Shown here in pieces: positions 52,839-62,276 of a stretch of DNA of 64,000 nt. The stretch comes from an uncultured delta proteobacterium (GTDB lineage: Bacteria; Myxococcota; Myxococcia; Myxococcales; Anaeromyxobacteraceae). Made by a program: the position numbers and the translations under genes. The stretch lies in contig CAWHDZ010000034.1 of NCBI GenBank assembly GCA_963828255.1, forward strand, positions 64,001 to 128,000, read 5' to 3'. Each line of letters starts with the position of its first letter. Positions within the stretch are counted from its first letter, which is position 1. The notes below the pieces were generated by a model. The model searched no databases, had not been told where the DNA came from, and saw only the letters and a list, made by a program, of their open reading frames with translations.

Positions 52839-53968
52839 CGCTCGATCGCCTCCTCGATGTCCTGCATGGTCGGAACCAGGCTCACCCGGACGAACCCCTC
52901 GCCGGCCGCCCCGAAGGCCGTGCCCGGCGAGACCACGATGGCCTCGTCGAGGAGGCGCGACGCGTAGGTGGCCGAGGTGTGGCCGGCCGGGACCTCCACC
53001 CAGAGGTAGAGGGTGGCTCCCGCGCCCTGCACGCGCAGTCCGTGCTCCCGGAAGAAGGCCAGGAGCCGGTCGCGCTTGCCGCGGAACACCTCGCGCCGCC
53101 CGGCCACGTGGGCATCGTCGTTCCAGGCCGCCACCGCCGCGGCCGTGACGAAGTCGGGCGAGGCCACCCCGGGGTGGGAGCGCATCCGCTTCACCTGGGC
53201 CACCAGGTCGGCGTCGCCGGCCACGAAGCCGCTGCGGTAGCCGGTCATGCCGCTGCGCTTCGAGCAGGAGTGGATCGAGAGCACGTTCTCCACCTGGATC
53301 TGCAGCATGGAGAGGGGCGGCTCGTCGAACCAGACGTCGGCGTAGCACTCGTCGGAGGCCACCACGAAGCCGTGGGCCAGCGCGGCCTTCCCGACGCGCT
53401 CCAGGTAGTCGCGCGGGGCCACCGCTCCGGTGGGGTTGTGGGGGTAGCTCACCCAGAGGATCAGGGTCTCGTCGAGCAGCGCCGGGGGGAGGTCGGAGGG
53501 CTCCAGCAGGAACCCGTTCCCGGCCCGCAGCGGGACCTTCACCGGCTCGAGGCCAGCCAGGCGCGCCCCGGCCTCGTAGGTGGGGTAGCCCGGGTCGGGC
53601 AGGATCACCTTCCTCCGCGCCCCCCCCCGGAAGGCGAGAGGCAGGTGGAAGATCGACTCCTTGGCCCCGGTGGCCGGGACCACCTGCCGGTCGGGGTCGA
53701 CGGCCACCCCGAAGCGGCGCGCCAGGTAGCCGGCGACGGCGGCACGGAGGGCCGGGGTCCCGAGCGGGCTCGGGTACTGGGAGACCTCCGGAACGGCGCT
53801 CCGCAGCGCTTCCCGGAGGAACGGGGGGGTCGGCTCCTTCGGATCGCCCAGGCCGAAATCGTGGAGCTTCCGTCCGGCCCGGCGCAGGGCGGCCTTCTTC
53901 TCGTCGAGATCCACCATGAGGTTCCGGGGGATGGCGTCGAGCGCGGGATTTCGGGGCGGGTTTCTCAA
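52820..53968 (-). CDS. dapC: PLP-dependent succinyl-diaminopimelate aminotransferase
   Basis: YPSPLGTPALR, TGAKE, YPHNPTG, SDECY, SCSKRSGMTGYRSG; directly upstream of dapD. Confidence 0.85.
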   Translation of the reverse strand: MRNPPRNPALDAIPRNLMVDLDEKKAALRRAGRKLHDFGLGDPKEPTPPFLREALRSAVPEVSQYPSPLGTPALRAAVAGYLARRFGVAVDPDRQVVPATGAKESIFHLPLAFRGGARRKVILPDPGYPTYEAGARLAGLEPVKVPLRAGNGFLLEPSDLPPALLDETLILWVSYPHNPTGAVAPRDYLERVGKAALAHGFVVASDECYADVWFDEPPLSMLQIQVENVLSIHSCSKRSGMTGYRSGFVAGDADLVAQVKRMRSHPGVASPDFVTAAAVAAWNDDAHVAGRREVFRGKRDRLLAFFREHGLRVQGAGATLYLWVEVPAGHTSATYASRLLDEAIVVSPGTAFGAAGEGFVRVSLVPTMQDIEEAIERWRTVR

Positions 53969-54018
53969 CGGTTCGAAAACTCCTCCATCGGCTCCGGGGC
54001 GTGCATTATAAGCGCACC

Positions 54019-55440
54019 ATGCTCCACTATGACGTGGCCATCGTCGGCAGCGGGCCCGCCGGCGAGCGTGGCGCGACCAGAGCCGCCTACCTGGGCAAGA
54101 AGGTGGCCGTCATCGAGAAGGAGGCCGTGCCCGGCGGGGCGTGCGCCAACACCGGCACCATCCCCTCCAAGGCGCTCCGCGAGACGGCGCTGGCGCTGCT
54201 CCAGTCCAAGCGGCGCGACGTGCACGGCTTCATCCTCAAGGTGGCCGAGACCATGACGGTGGCCGCCCTGATGGGGCGCCGCGGCCTCGTGACCGCGCGT
54301 GAACACACCCGGATCCGAGGCCGGTTCTCCCAGTACGGGATCGAGACCTTCCGCGGCACGGCCGCCTTCGTGGATCCGCACACCCTGCGCGTCTCGGTCC
54401 CCGACGGCACCTCCCAGGAGATCCGGGCCGACATCATCCTCCTCGCCACCGGAACCCGCCCCTTCCACCCGCCCCACATCCCCATCGACCACAGCCGGGT
54501 CTACGACTCCGACTCGATCCTCATGCTCGACCGCATCCCCCGCTCGCTGGCCGTGCTGGGCGGCGGCGTGGCCGGCTCGGAGTACACCTCGGCCTTCGCG
54601 GCGCTGGGCGTGCACGTCACCATGGCCGACTCGCGCGACCGGGTCATGCCCTTCCTCGACGCCGAGCTCTCCCAGGAGCTGGAGCGGCTCTGGACCGAGT
54701 TCGGCGTGGAGATCAAGCACCGCACCCGCGTCACCAAGGTCGAGCCGGGCGAGCACGACGTGCTCGTCACCCTCTCCGACGGCTCGCGCCTCGTGGCCGA
54801 GAAGGTGCTGGTCGCCGCCGGCCGCATCGGCAACACCGAGTCGCTCGACCTCCCCAACGCCGGCATCCAGGCCGACGAGCGCGGTTATCTCAAGGTGAAC
54901 CAGCACTTCCAGACCTCGGTCCCGCACATCTACGCCGCCGGCGACATGGTCGGCTTCCCCGGCCTCGCCTCCACCTCCATGGAGCAGGGGCGCGTGGCCA
55001 TGACCTACGCCTGCGAGGGCACCGACTTCCGCACCCAGCTCTCCGGCGAGGTGCTGCCCACCGGCATCTACACCATCCCCGAGCTCTCCTCGGTGGGCGA
55101 GACCGAGGAGTCGCTCACGGCCAAGGGCATCCCCTACGTGGCCGGCAAGGGGACCTTCGTCGAGAACGCCCGCGCCAACCTCATCGGCGAGGCGGTGGGA
55201 TGGGTGAAGCTCCTGGTGTCGCCGGCGGACCTCAAGATCCTCGGCATCCACGTCATCGGCCCGAACGCCGCCGAGCTCGTGCACATGGGGGCGGCGGTGA
55301 TGGCGCTGGGCGGGACCTACCGCTACTTCATCGAGGCGGTCTTCAACTACCCGACCCTCGGCGACACCTTCAAGGTCGCCGCCTACGACGCGCGCAAGAA
55401 GCTGGGCGCGCTCACCGACGGTTCGAAGCCGCTCGACTGA
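54019..55440 (+). CDS. sthA: Soluble pyridine nucleotide transhydrogenase (Si-specific)
   Basis: GSGPAG, GGACANTGTIPSK (single Cys, CxxxxT), STSMEQGR, GIYTIPE, VFNYPTL. Confidence 0.9.
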   Translation: MLHYDVAIVGSGPAGERGATRAAYLGKKVAVIEKEAVPGGACANTGTIPSKALRETALALLQSKRRDVHGFILKVAETMTVAALMGRRGLVTAREHTRIRGRFSQYGIETFRGTAAFVDPHTLRVSVPDGTSQEIRADIILLATGTRPFHPPHIPIDHSRVYDSDSILMLDRIPRSLAVLGGGVAGSEYTSAFAALGVHVTMADSRDRVMPFLDAELSQELERLWTEFGVEIKHRTRVTKVEPGEHDVLVTLSDGSRLVAEKVLVAAGRIGNTESLDLPNAGIQADERGYLKVNQHFQTSVPHIYAAGDMVGFPGLASTSMEQGRVAMTYACEGTDFRTQLSGEVLPTGIYTIPELSSVGETEESLTAKGIPYVAGKGTFVENARANLIGEAVGWVKLLVSPADLKILGIHVIGPNAAELVHMGAAVMALGGTYRYFIEAVFNYPTLGDTFKVAAYDARKKLGALTDGSKPLD

Positions 55441-55443
55441 GCC

Positions 55444-55644
55444 CTACTTCTCCGGGACCAGGCGCTTGGCCTGGGCGGCGCACATCCGCTGCACCTCGGG
55501 GAGCGCGGCGGTGTTGGTGTCGAGGCACTCGGCCTCGGCAGCCCAGCGCGCGTGGGTGCGCTCGTCGTTGGCCTGGCTGGCCGCGAAGTCTGCGATGGTC
55601 AGGAACCCCAGCACGATGCCCGTCGAGATCAGGAAGAGTCTCAT
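55444..55644 (-). CDS. Small exported/membrane hypothetical protein
   Basis: SD GGAGG, hydrophobic N-terminus, two Cys; 66 aa. Confidence 0.6.
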   Translation of the reverse strand: MRLFLISTGIVLGFLTIADFAASQANDERTHARWAAEAECLDTNTAALPEVQRMCAAQAKRLVPEK

Positions 55645-55716
55645 GTTCGCCTCCGTGGAGATCGAGACCCCGTCCCCGGCGATGTGACAGGGCGGGGGAC
55701 TCCCCGGATGGGTCGC

Positions 55717-56667
55717 CTACCCGAACCGCGAGCTGGCCTGCGACAACGCCTCGTGGATCTTCTCGAGCGCCCGGCGGGCCTCGAGAAGCTCGTCGCGCTC
55801 GCCGCGGACCGCTGCCAGCTCCCTGGCCAGCGCGTCCCGCTCCCGGACCGTCTCGGAGAGACCGGCCCGCAGCCGGGCGCCGTCGGCGGTGCGCTCGTCC
55901 AGCTCGGCGGTGAGCCGCCCGGACTCGGCGCGGGCGCTGGCCAGCGCAGCCTCCAGCTCCTCGCCGCGGCGGGAGAGTTCGTCGGCCAGCTTCTGCCGCT
56001 CCTCGTCGAGCGCGGCCAGTGCCTGGGCGCGGCGCACCGACTGATCGCGCTCCTCCTCCAGGCCCGACATCTCGGCGAGCATCTCGCCCATCATGCCGCG
56101 CCGCTCCTCCAGCTCCTTCTCCAGCGCTCCCAGCCGGGAGCGCGTGGACTCGGCGTCGCCGGCGGCGCGGGCCAGCTCGGTGCGGGCCTGGTGCAGGTCG
56201 GCGCGCAGCGCCCCCTCCAGCTCGCGGGAGCGGGCCAGCTGCCGGTCGAGATCGCCCACCAGCGAGAGGGCGCTCTCGGCGGCGCGGGCCGGCTCGCGCG
56301 GCGCCACCGCCGGCGCACCACGCCGGGCCGCCTCGGCCACCTTGCGCTTGATCTTCTCGAGCCGCTCCTTGCGCTCGGCGAGATCGCCCTGCGGTGCGGC
56401 GACCGGCGCCGCGACCGGCGCCCCGACCGGGGCCGTCACCGCGGCGGCGCGGGCCGCTGCCTTCGCCGACCGTGAAACCGGCTCGGGAAGGGGCGTGACC
56501 ACGGCTGCGGCCACCTCCTCGGCGACCGGCTCCGCCCAGGCCTGGGCCACCGGCTCCGGCGCCGCCACCTCCGCCTCGACGGGCTGCTCGGGCTCCAGGG
56601 TGGCCACGCCGGCGGGGCGCAGCCGGGGCTTCAGCTTCGGGACGTTGGCGTCGAAGGCCTTCCTCAT
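55717..56667 (-). CDS. pomX: PomX-like ParA-activating coiled-coil protein
   Basis: N-terminus MRKAFDANVPKLKPRLR resembles M. xanthus PomX (MKKAFEQNVSRAKPRLR, recalled); Pro/Ala linker; long C-terminal coiled coil; ATGA-coupled to the ParA gene. Confidence 0.85.
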   Translation of the reverse strand: MRKAFDANVPKLKPRLRPAGVATLEPEQPVEAEVAAPEPVAQAWAEPVAEEVAAAVVTPLPEPVSRSAKAAARAAAVTAPVGAPVAAPVAAPQGDLAERKERLEKIKRKVAEAARRGAPAVAPREPARAAESALSLVGDLDRQLARSRELEGALRADLHQARTELARAAGDAESTRSRLGALEKELEERRGMMGEMLAEMSGLEEERDQSVRRAQALAALDEERQKLADELSRRGEELEAALASARAESGRLTAELDERTADGARLRAGLSETVRERDALARELAAVRGERDELLEARRALEKIHEALSQASSRFG

Positions 56668-57623
56668 CTCACGCTCCTCGCGGCGTCGGGGCGGGCGGCG
56701 AGCCCGTCCTTGATCCGCCCCAGCACCTCGAGCTGCATGGCCTCGATGTCCATGGCCCCCTTGGAGTCGGGGTCGTAGCCGAACACCGGGCATCCCTCGC
56801 TGGAAGCCTGGGCGAACTTGGTGCACTGACGCACCACGCTGTGCAGCAGGTAATCGGAGTAGTGCTCGCGCAGCGCGTCCACGGCCTCCCGGGCGATGCG
56901 GAAGGTCTGGTTGAAGGCGTTCACGCAGATGAAGATGTTCTCGAGCTGGTGGGAGAGATCCTCCTCGAGCCCCTGGATGGTCTCGAAGAGCAGCCGCAGC
57001 CCGTCGTAGGAGAGGAAGTCGGCCAGCACCGGGGTGATGAGGTCGCTCGCCGCCATGAGGGCGTTCAGGTTGAGGAGCCCGAACGAGGGCGGCGCGTCCA
57101 TGACCACGAAGTCGAAGTGCTTCTCGGCGTCGCGCAGCGCGTTCTTGAGCTTGAACTCGCGGCCGGCCATGGGCATGAGCGCCAGGTCCACCGTGCTCAT
57201 GGCCAGGTTGGACGGCACCAGCCAGAGCCCGGGCATCTTGGTCTCGATGGTGACCTCGGCGAGCGGGGTCTTGCGCACCAGCACGTCGTAGAGGGTCTTG
57301 GTGAAGCTCGAGCCCTCCTCGCCCAGGCAGCGGGTGGCGTGCCCCTGGCTGTCGAGGTCGAGGACCAGGACCTTGTAGCCCTTCTCGGCCAGCCGGTAGG
57401 CGTACGAGGTGGAGAGGGAGGTCTTGCCCGTGCCCCCCTTGAAGTTGAGGAAGAGCTGCTTGCGGTGCGGGTAGGGCTCGGGCGGCCTGCGCACCGCCTT
57501 GCGCAGGACGGCCAGGTCGCGCGGGCCGAAGCCGTCGCGGTGCCCCACGATCTCCACCACCTGCTTGGGCGTGAGCCCGAACAGCTCGGCGAGGCGCCTC
57601 GACGTGTATTTCACGTTGTCCAT
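56664..57623 (-). CDS. pomZ: ParA/MinD-family ATPase PomZ-like
   Basis: N-terminal extension, deviant Walker A KGGTGKTS, DLDSQGH, DAPPSFG; lies between pomX- and pomY-like genes. Confidence 0.88.
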   Translation of the reverse strand: MDNVKYTSRRLAELFGLTPKQVVEIVGHRDGFGPRDLAVLRKAVRRPPEPYPHRKQLFLNFKGGTGKTSLSTSYAYRLAEKGYKVLVLDLDSQGHATRCLGEEGSSFTKTLYDVLVRKTPLAEVTIETKMPGLWLVPSNLAMSTVDLALMPMAGREFKLKNALRDAEKHFDFVVMDAPPSFGLLNLNALMAASDLITPVLADFLSYDGLRLLFETIQGLEEDLSHQLENIFICVNAFNQTFRIAREAVDALREHYSDYLLHSVVRQCTKFAQASSEGCPVFGYDPDSKGAMDIEAMQLEVLGRIKDGLAARPDAARSVR

Positions 57624-57635
57624 GCGTCGTGGCTC

Positions 57636-59180
57636 CTAGGCCGGGAAGTACCGCACGCCGCGCTTCACGGCCGCGCCGCGGGCGACGAGCGCGGCGAGCA
57701 CCCGGTCACCGCCGTCCGGGACGATCCGGGCGATCTCGTCGGGCGTGCGCCCGCGCAGCGCCGAGCGGATCTCGAGGAGGACGGCCGCCTCGGCCGGGGA
57801 GAGATCGCCCGAGGGGAGCTCGACGACCGCGACCGCGGTGCGCGCCAGCCGGGCGGTCGCGGAGGGGGGAGCGGCCAGCGGCGCCGCCGGGCGCGGGACC
57901 GCGGCGCGGGCTGCGAGGGGGCGCGGTGCGGCAGCCGGGTCGGCCACCACCGCGTCGTGCAGCGCGGTGGCGCCCACGGCGGAGAGCTTCTCGGCGATGC
58001 GGCGCGCGGCGCGCCTGCGGTCCTCGGCAGGGGCGGCGGCCGCCACCGTCTCGCCGCACCAGCGGGCCACCGCCGTGGAGGCGACGCGGCGCACCGACTC
58101 CTCGCCGTGGTCGAGCGCCCGGGCCAGCGCGCCCTGCGCGGTGGCGGTGGGACGGCCGGAGAGGGCCAGCGCCGCGGTCCGCGCCACGCCGGCGTCCCGG
58201 TCGGCCAGCGTGGCCCGGAGCGCCTCCTCGACGCCCGGTCCGCGGGCGAACCCCAGGAGCAGGACGGCGCGGCGGCGCACCAGCGGGCTGGGATCGCCCA
58301 GGGCCGCGAGCAGGCGCGGCTCGGCGGCATCGCCGGAGAGTGCGGCCACCGCGTCGAGCGCCGCGCCCCGCACGGAGGGGCGCGCGTCGGAGAGCTCGCG
58401 CGCGGCAACCTCGGCCACGGCTGGCTCGCCGAGGGACGCCAGCGCCGACAGCAGCGCGACCTTGACCTCCTCGTCCCGCTCGCGCCCCACCGCGGCGGCG
58501 ACGAGCGGCGCGGCGGCCCGGGAGCCCATGGCCCGCAGGGCGTCGGCGGCCCTTCGCCGGGAGTGACGGTCGGAGGAGGCCAGGTCCTCCATGGAGGACT
58601 CGTAGAGCGAGCGCTCGGCCCGGCTCTCCATGCCCTGCTCCATGCGGACGGCCTCGGCCCGGGTCATGCCGAGCCGGCCGGCGGCCTCGAAGCCGCGGGC
58701 GATCTCGCCGACCGCGGCGTGGGGAGGGATGGTGGGGAGCGCGCCCTCGTCGAGGCGCATGCCGGCCGCCTCGGCGGCGAGCTTCCAGGGGCGCAGCCGG
58801 TCGATCTCGGCGCGCAGCTCGGCGATGAAGCCGGCCAGGTCGGCCTCCTCGCCGGCGGGCAATCCCTCGCCGGGGGCGCCGGCGATGCGGGCCTGGTCGA
58901 TGAGGCCGGTGAGGAAGCGCTCGCGTTCGCCCTCGAGCAGCCGGACGCGCTCGGAGAGCTCGGACTCGCGGTGACGGGCGCCGTCGAGCTCGCTGCGGGT
59001 GCGCGCCAGCTCGGCGGCGGCGGCGGTCTCGCGGGCCCGTGCGTTGGCGGCGGATTCCTTCTCGCGCGACGCCACGTCGCGCGCCGCCGACAGCTCGCTC
59101 TCCAGCTGCGAGAGCCGGCACTCGAAGTAGACGATCTTCTCGAGCGCTCCTCGGAGCAGCCCTTCCGGATTTCCGCTCAA
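57636..59180 (-). CDS. pomY: PomY-like coiled-coil + HEAT-repeat protein
   Basis: ALEKIVYFE coiled coil, HEAT repeats (D....VR..A...L), Pro/Ala region; TTG 59180 with GGAGG SD (alternative ATG 59210). Confidence 0.8.
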   Translation of the reverse strand: MSGNPEGLLRGALEKIVYFECRLSQLESELSAARDVASREKESAANARARETAAAAELARTRSELDGARHRESELSERVRLLEGERERFLTGLIDQARIAGAPGEGLPAGEEADLAGFIAELRAEIDRLRPWKLAAEAAGMRLDEGALPTIPPHAAVGEIARGFEAAGRLGMTRAEAVRMEQGMESRAERSLYESSMEDLASSDRHSRRRAADALRAMGSRAAAPLVAAAVGRERDEEVKVALLSALASLGEPAVAEVAARELSDARPSVRGAALDAVAALSGDAAEPRLLAALGDPSPLVRRRAVLLLGFARGPGVEEALRATLADRDAGVARTAALALSGRPTATAQGALARALDHGEESVRRVASTAVARWCGETVAAAAPAEDRRRAARRIAEKLSAVGATALHDAVVADPAAAPRPLAARAAVPRPAAPLAAPPSATARLARTAVAVVELPSGDLSPAEAAVLLEIRSALRGRTPDEIARIVPDGGDRVLAALVARGAAVKRGVRYFPA

Positions 59181-59237
59181 CCCCGCCTCCACCAACCCAT
59201 CGGAACCCATAGGGATCCCGAGACCTTGCACGGGGTG

Positions 59238-59266
59238 AGTGTAGGGAAGCGATATCGAAAAGGCAA
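59238..59266 (-). promoter_or_regulatory. Putative sigma70 promoter of pomYZX
   Basis: TTGCCT-N17-TACACT with a CGATATCG palindrome in the spacer. Confidence 0.55.
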
Positions 59267-59319
59267 ACCCCAACGGCGGGGGGGATCCAGACGGGTACGG
59301 TCGGCTCCGGCCCGCGGCG

Positions 59320-60606
59320 CTACTTCACCATCTCGAGCCCGTGCCCCGAGGGTCCGCGCTCGGTGCGGTAGAGGAGCCAGGAGAAGCCCAGCCCGACGAA
59401 GCCCAGCGTGGTGAAGATCCACATCCCGGGGCGGTAGCCAGCCGGGTTCGCGGCGCTGGCCTGGGCGGCGTCGTTGGTGAAGCCCACCAGCCAGTTCATG
59501 CCGGCCAGCCCCACCTGCTGGACCAGCGTCATGAGGGCATAGGCCGTGCCCAGCCGCTTCTCCGGGACCAGGTAGGCCACCGACGGCCACATCACCGCCG
59601 GGATGAGCGAGAAGGCCACGCCCATGAAGGCGATGATCACCCAGAGTGGAATCTGGCTGTAGACCATCAGGAGGTAGACCGGGATGAGGGTGGCCGATCC
59701 GATGGCCATGAGCAGCGCCCGGTGGCCGATGCGGTCGGCCAGCAGCCCGAAGAGCGGGGTGGCGAACATGGCCGCCAGGGGGAGCACGCTGTTGAGCGCC
59801 CCGGCCGCCTCCCGGCTCACCCCGCGCGCGTCCATGAAGAACTTGATGGCGAAGGAGCGGAACGGGAAGATCGCCGAGTAGAAGGCCAGGCAGAGCCCCA
59901 CCACGTACCAGTAGGACTTCCCGAAGTCGAAGAGGTCGCGGAAGACCAGCTTGTCGGTGCCGCCGGCCGCGCCCAGCTGGTAACTGCGGGCCACGCGACG
60001 CTCCAGCATCCAGTAGAGGACCCCGGCCACGAGGCAGGTCGCGCCCAGCACGGCGCCCACCTGGAGCGGCGGCTGCCAGCCGGTGTAGAAGCGCTGCGCC
60101 CAGGTGGGGGAGTTGTCGGCCGCCACCGAGCCCAGCCGGGCGATGGTGAGGTTGAGCCCGAAGGCGAAGCTGAGCTCCTTGCCCTTGAACCACTTGGCGA
60201 TGGCGGTGGTGACCGCCACGATGAGCGGCTCGGCGCCGACGCCGAGGAGGAAGCGCCCGGCCGCCATGACGCGGAAGTCGGAGGAGACCGCGGTGAGGAC
60301 GCCGGCCACCGTGCACACCGCGCCGAAGACCAGGATCGAGCGGGCCGTGCCGAAGCGGTCGATGACCACCCCGCCGCCGAGCAGCACCAGCACGGCGGCC
60401 CAGCTGTAGGTGGAGTAGAGGAGCCCGATCTTCTCGTCGTCGAAGCCGAGCTGGCTCGTGAGCAGATCCGCGACCGGGGCGATGGTGTCGTAGACGTAGT
60501 AGTTGCCGAACATCGCCACGCTGAGCAGCACCAGCGCCGCCCACCGGTCGAACGGGGGCGGACGCGGGCGCTCCGCGGCGGGCGCGGCGACGGCGGCGTC
60601 GGACAC
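59320..60606 (-). CDS. MFS transporter (MFSD1-like)
   Basis: About 12 hydrophobic segments; GVVIDRFGTA and GLLADRIGHR loops. Confidence 0.92.
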   Translation of the reverse strand: MSDAAVAAPAAERPRPPPFDRWAALVLLSVAMFGNYYVYDTIAPVADLLTSQLGFDDEKIGLLYSTYSWAAVLVLLGGGVVIDRFGTARSILVFGAVCTVAGVLTAVSSDFRVMAAGRFLLGVGAEPLIVAVTTAIAKWFKGKELSFAFGLNLTIARLGSVAADNSPTWAQRFYTGWQPPLQVGAVLGATCLVAGVLYWMLERRVARSYQLGAAGGTDKLVFRDLFDFGKSYWYVVGLCLAFYSAIFPFRSFAIKFFMDARGVSREAAGALNSVLPLAAMFATPLFGLLADRIGHRALLMAIGSATLIPVYLLMVYSQIPLWVIIAFMGVAFSLIPAVMWPSVAYLVPEKRLGTAYALMTLVQQVGLAGMNWLVGFTNDAAQASAANPAGYRPGMWIFTTLGFVGLGFSWLLYRTERGPSGHGLEMVK

Positions 60607-60627
60607 TCGGCTCCCTCGCGCCGGCCC

Positions 60628-60921
60628 TCAGGCCCGGTCGAGGTTCTCCTTGCCGTTGACCGGGTTCCAGGGGAGCAGCTCCCACTGGGCCACCCCGCCC
60701 TTCACGTACGGGTCGCCGTCGCGCAGCGCGAAGAGGTCGGCGGCCGGGGTGCCGTCGGGGAGGCGCAGCAGCACGGCCCCGCCGAAGCGCGGCTCGAGCG
60801 GCCCGGAGGCCACGATGACCCCCTTCGCCAGGAGGCCCGCGGCGTAGGCGCGGTGGGCGTCCTGGTGCCTGGCGATCTCCTCGATGGGCTTCAGGTAGCG
60901 GATGATGGCGAGGACGTACAC
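60628..60921 (-). CDS. YciI-family protein
   Basis: AHRAY, SGPLEPRFGG, DPYVKGGV; SD GGAGG before GTG. Confidence 0.88.
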   Translation of the reverse strand: MYVLAIIRYLKPIEEIARHQDAHRAYAAGLLAKGVIVASGPLEPRFGGAVLLRLPDGTPAADLFALRDGDPYVKGGVAQWELLPWNPVNGKENLDRA

Positions 60922-60967
60922 GGCGGACCTCCGGGGTGGCACTCCTACCACGGCGCCCGGGGGCCCG

Positions 60968-62248
60968 TCACGCCGGGGGGCGCCGCTCGCGCAGGACGCG
61001 CACCCGGTCGATGCGGCGCCCGTCTGTGTCACTGATGGTGAATCCCCAGCCGTGCCAGTGCAGCCGGTCGCCGCGGGCCGGGATGGCGCCGGCCAGGGCC
61101 ACCAGGAAGCCGGCCACGGTCTCGTAGGGCCCCTGGGCCGGGATGCCGGCCCCGGTGGCCTCGTTGAACTCGGAGACCGGGGCATCGCCGCGGACCAGGA
61201 AGCTCCCGTCGGGCATGGCCTCGACCGCCCCCCCCTCCTCGGCGTCCCACTCGTCCCGGATCTCGCCGACGATCTCCTCGAGCACGTCCTCCAGCGTCAC
61301 CGCGCCCATCACCCCTCCGTACTCGTCCACCACCACCATCATGTGCTGGTGCTTGCGCTGCATGGAGCGCAGCAGCACCTGCACCGGGGTGGACCAGGGC
61401 ACGAAGGTGGGGGGGCGCAGGAGGTCGCGGAGCACGATCAGCTCCGGGTGGGCGAGGAGCGGGACCAGGTCGCGGGCGTGGAGGATGCCCACCACCTTGT
61501 CGAGGCTCCCCGCGAAGATGGGGACCCGGGAGTGCCCCTCCTCGGCGAGCCGCACGATGATCTCGGGCACCGGCGTGTCCACGTCGAGGGCCATGACCTT
61601 GTTGCGCGGGACCATGATGTCCCGGGCCACCTTCTCGCGGAACTCCAGCACCCGGTGGATGAGCTCGCTGGTGTGATCGGCCGGATCGGTCGAGCGGGCG
61701 TGGGCCGCGAGCGCCCGCTCCACCTCCTCGATGGGGGGCAGCGGAAGGGTGAACCGCCCCGGACCACCCGCCAGCGGCGTCACCGCCAGTCCCACCAGGC
61801 GCGCCACCGGCGCGAGCACCAGGGTGAGGGCGCGGACCGGCGGCGCCAGGACGAGCGCCACCCGCTCCGGGCGCGTCGCCCCCGCGCGGCGCCCCGCCGA
61901 GGCCAGACCCACGGTGAGAACGGCCCCCAGGAGCACCGCTCCGCCCATGGAGAGGGCGTTCGCGCCGGCCGGGAGCTGCGCCGCGGCCGCCGCGAACAGG
62001 GCGCCGGCCGAGAGGGAGGCGACCGCCACGAACAGGCGCATCCCGGCGGCTGCGCTCTCCGGCCGGGCGACGAGCTGCCCCAGGGAGCGGGCCCGCAACC
62101 CGGCGTCCGGCGCGGCGGCGAGCGCCTGGGCCCGGGGCACCCCCAGCGCGGTGAGCGCCGCCTCGAAGGCCGCGCCGAGGGCCCGCAGCGTCACGAGCAG
62201 GACGGCGGCGGCCGCGAGCTCCAGGGCCAGGCCGAGGGGGTCCTCCAT
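60968..62248 (-). CDS. CNNM/HlyC-CorC family protein (DUF21, CBS pair, CorC domain)
   Basis: ARDIMVPR, GHSRVPIF, VVDEYGGVMGAVTLEDVLEEIVGEIRDE, YETVAGF. Confidence 0.92.
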   Translation of the reverse strand: MEDPLGLALELAAAAVLLVTLRALGAAFEAALTALGVPRAQALAAAPDAGLRARSLGQLVARPESAAAGMRLFVAVASLSAGALFAAAAAQLPAGANALSMGGAVLLGAVLTVGLASAGRRAGATRPERVALVLAPPVRALTLVLAPVARLVGLAVTPLAGGPGRFTLPLPPIEEVERALAAHARSTDPADHTSELIHRVLEFREKVARDIMVPRNKVMALDVDTPVPEIIVRLAEEGHSRVPIFAGSLDKVVGILHARDLVPLLAHPELIVLRDLLRPPTFVPWSTPVQVLLRSMQRKHQHMMVVVDEYGGVMGAVTLEDVLEEIVGEIRDEWDAEEGGAVEAMPDGSFLVRGDAPVSEFNEATGAGIPAQGPYETVAGFLVALAGAIPARGDRLHWHGWGFTISDTDGRRIDRVRVLRERRPPA

Positions 62249-62276
62249 CCCGGATGGCATAACATGGGTGGCCTCC

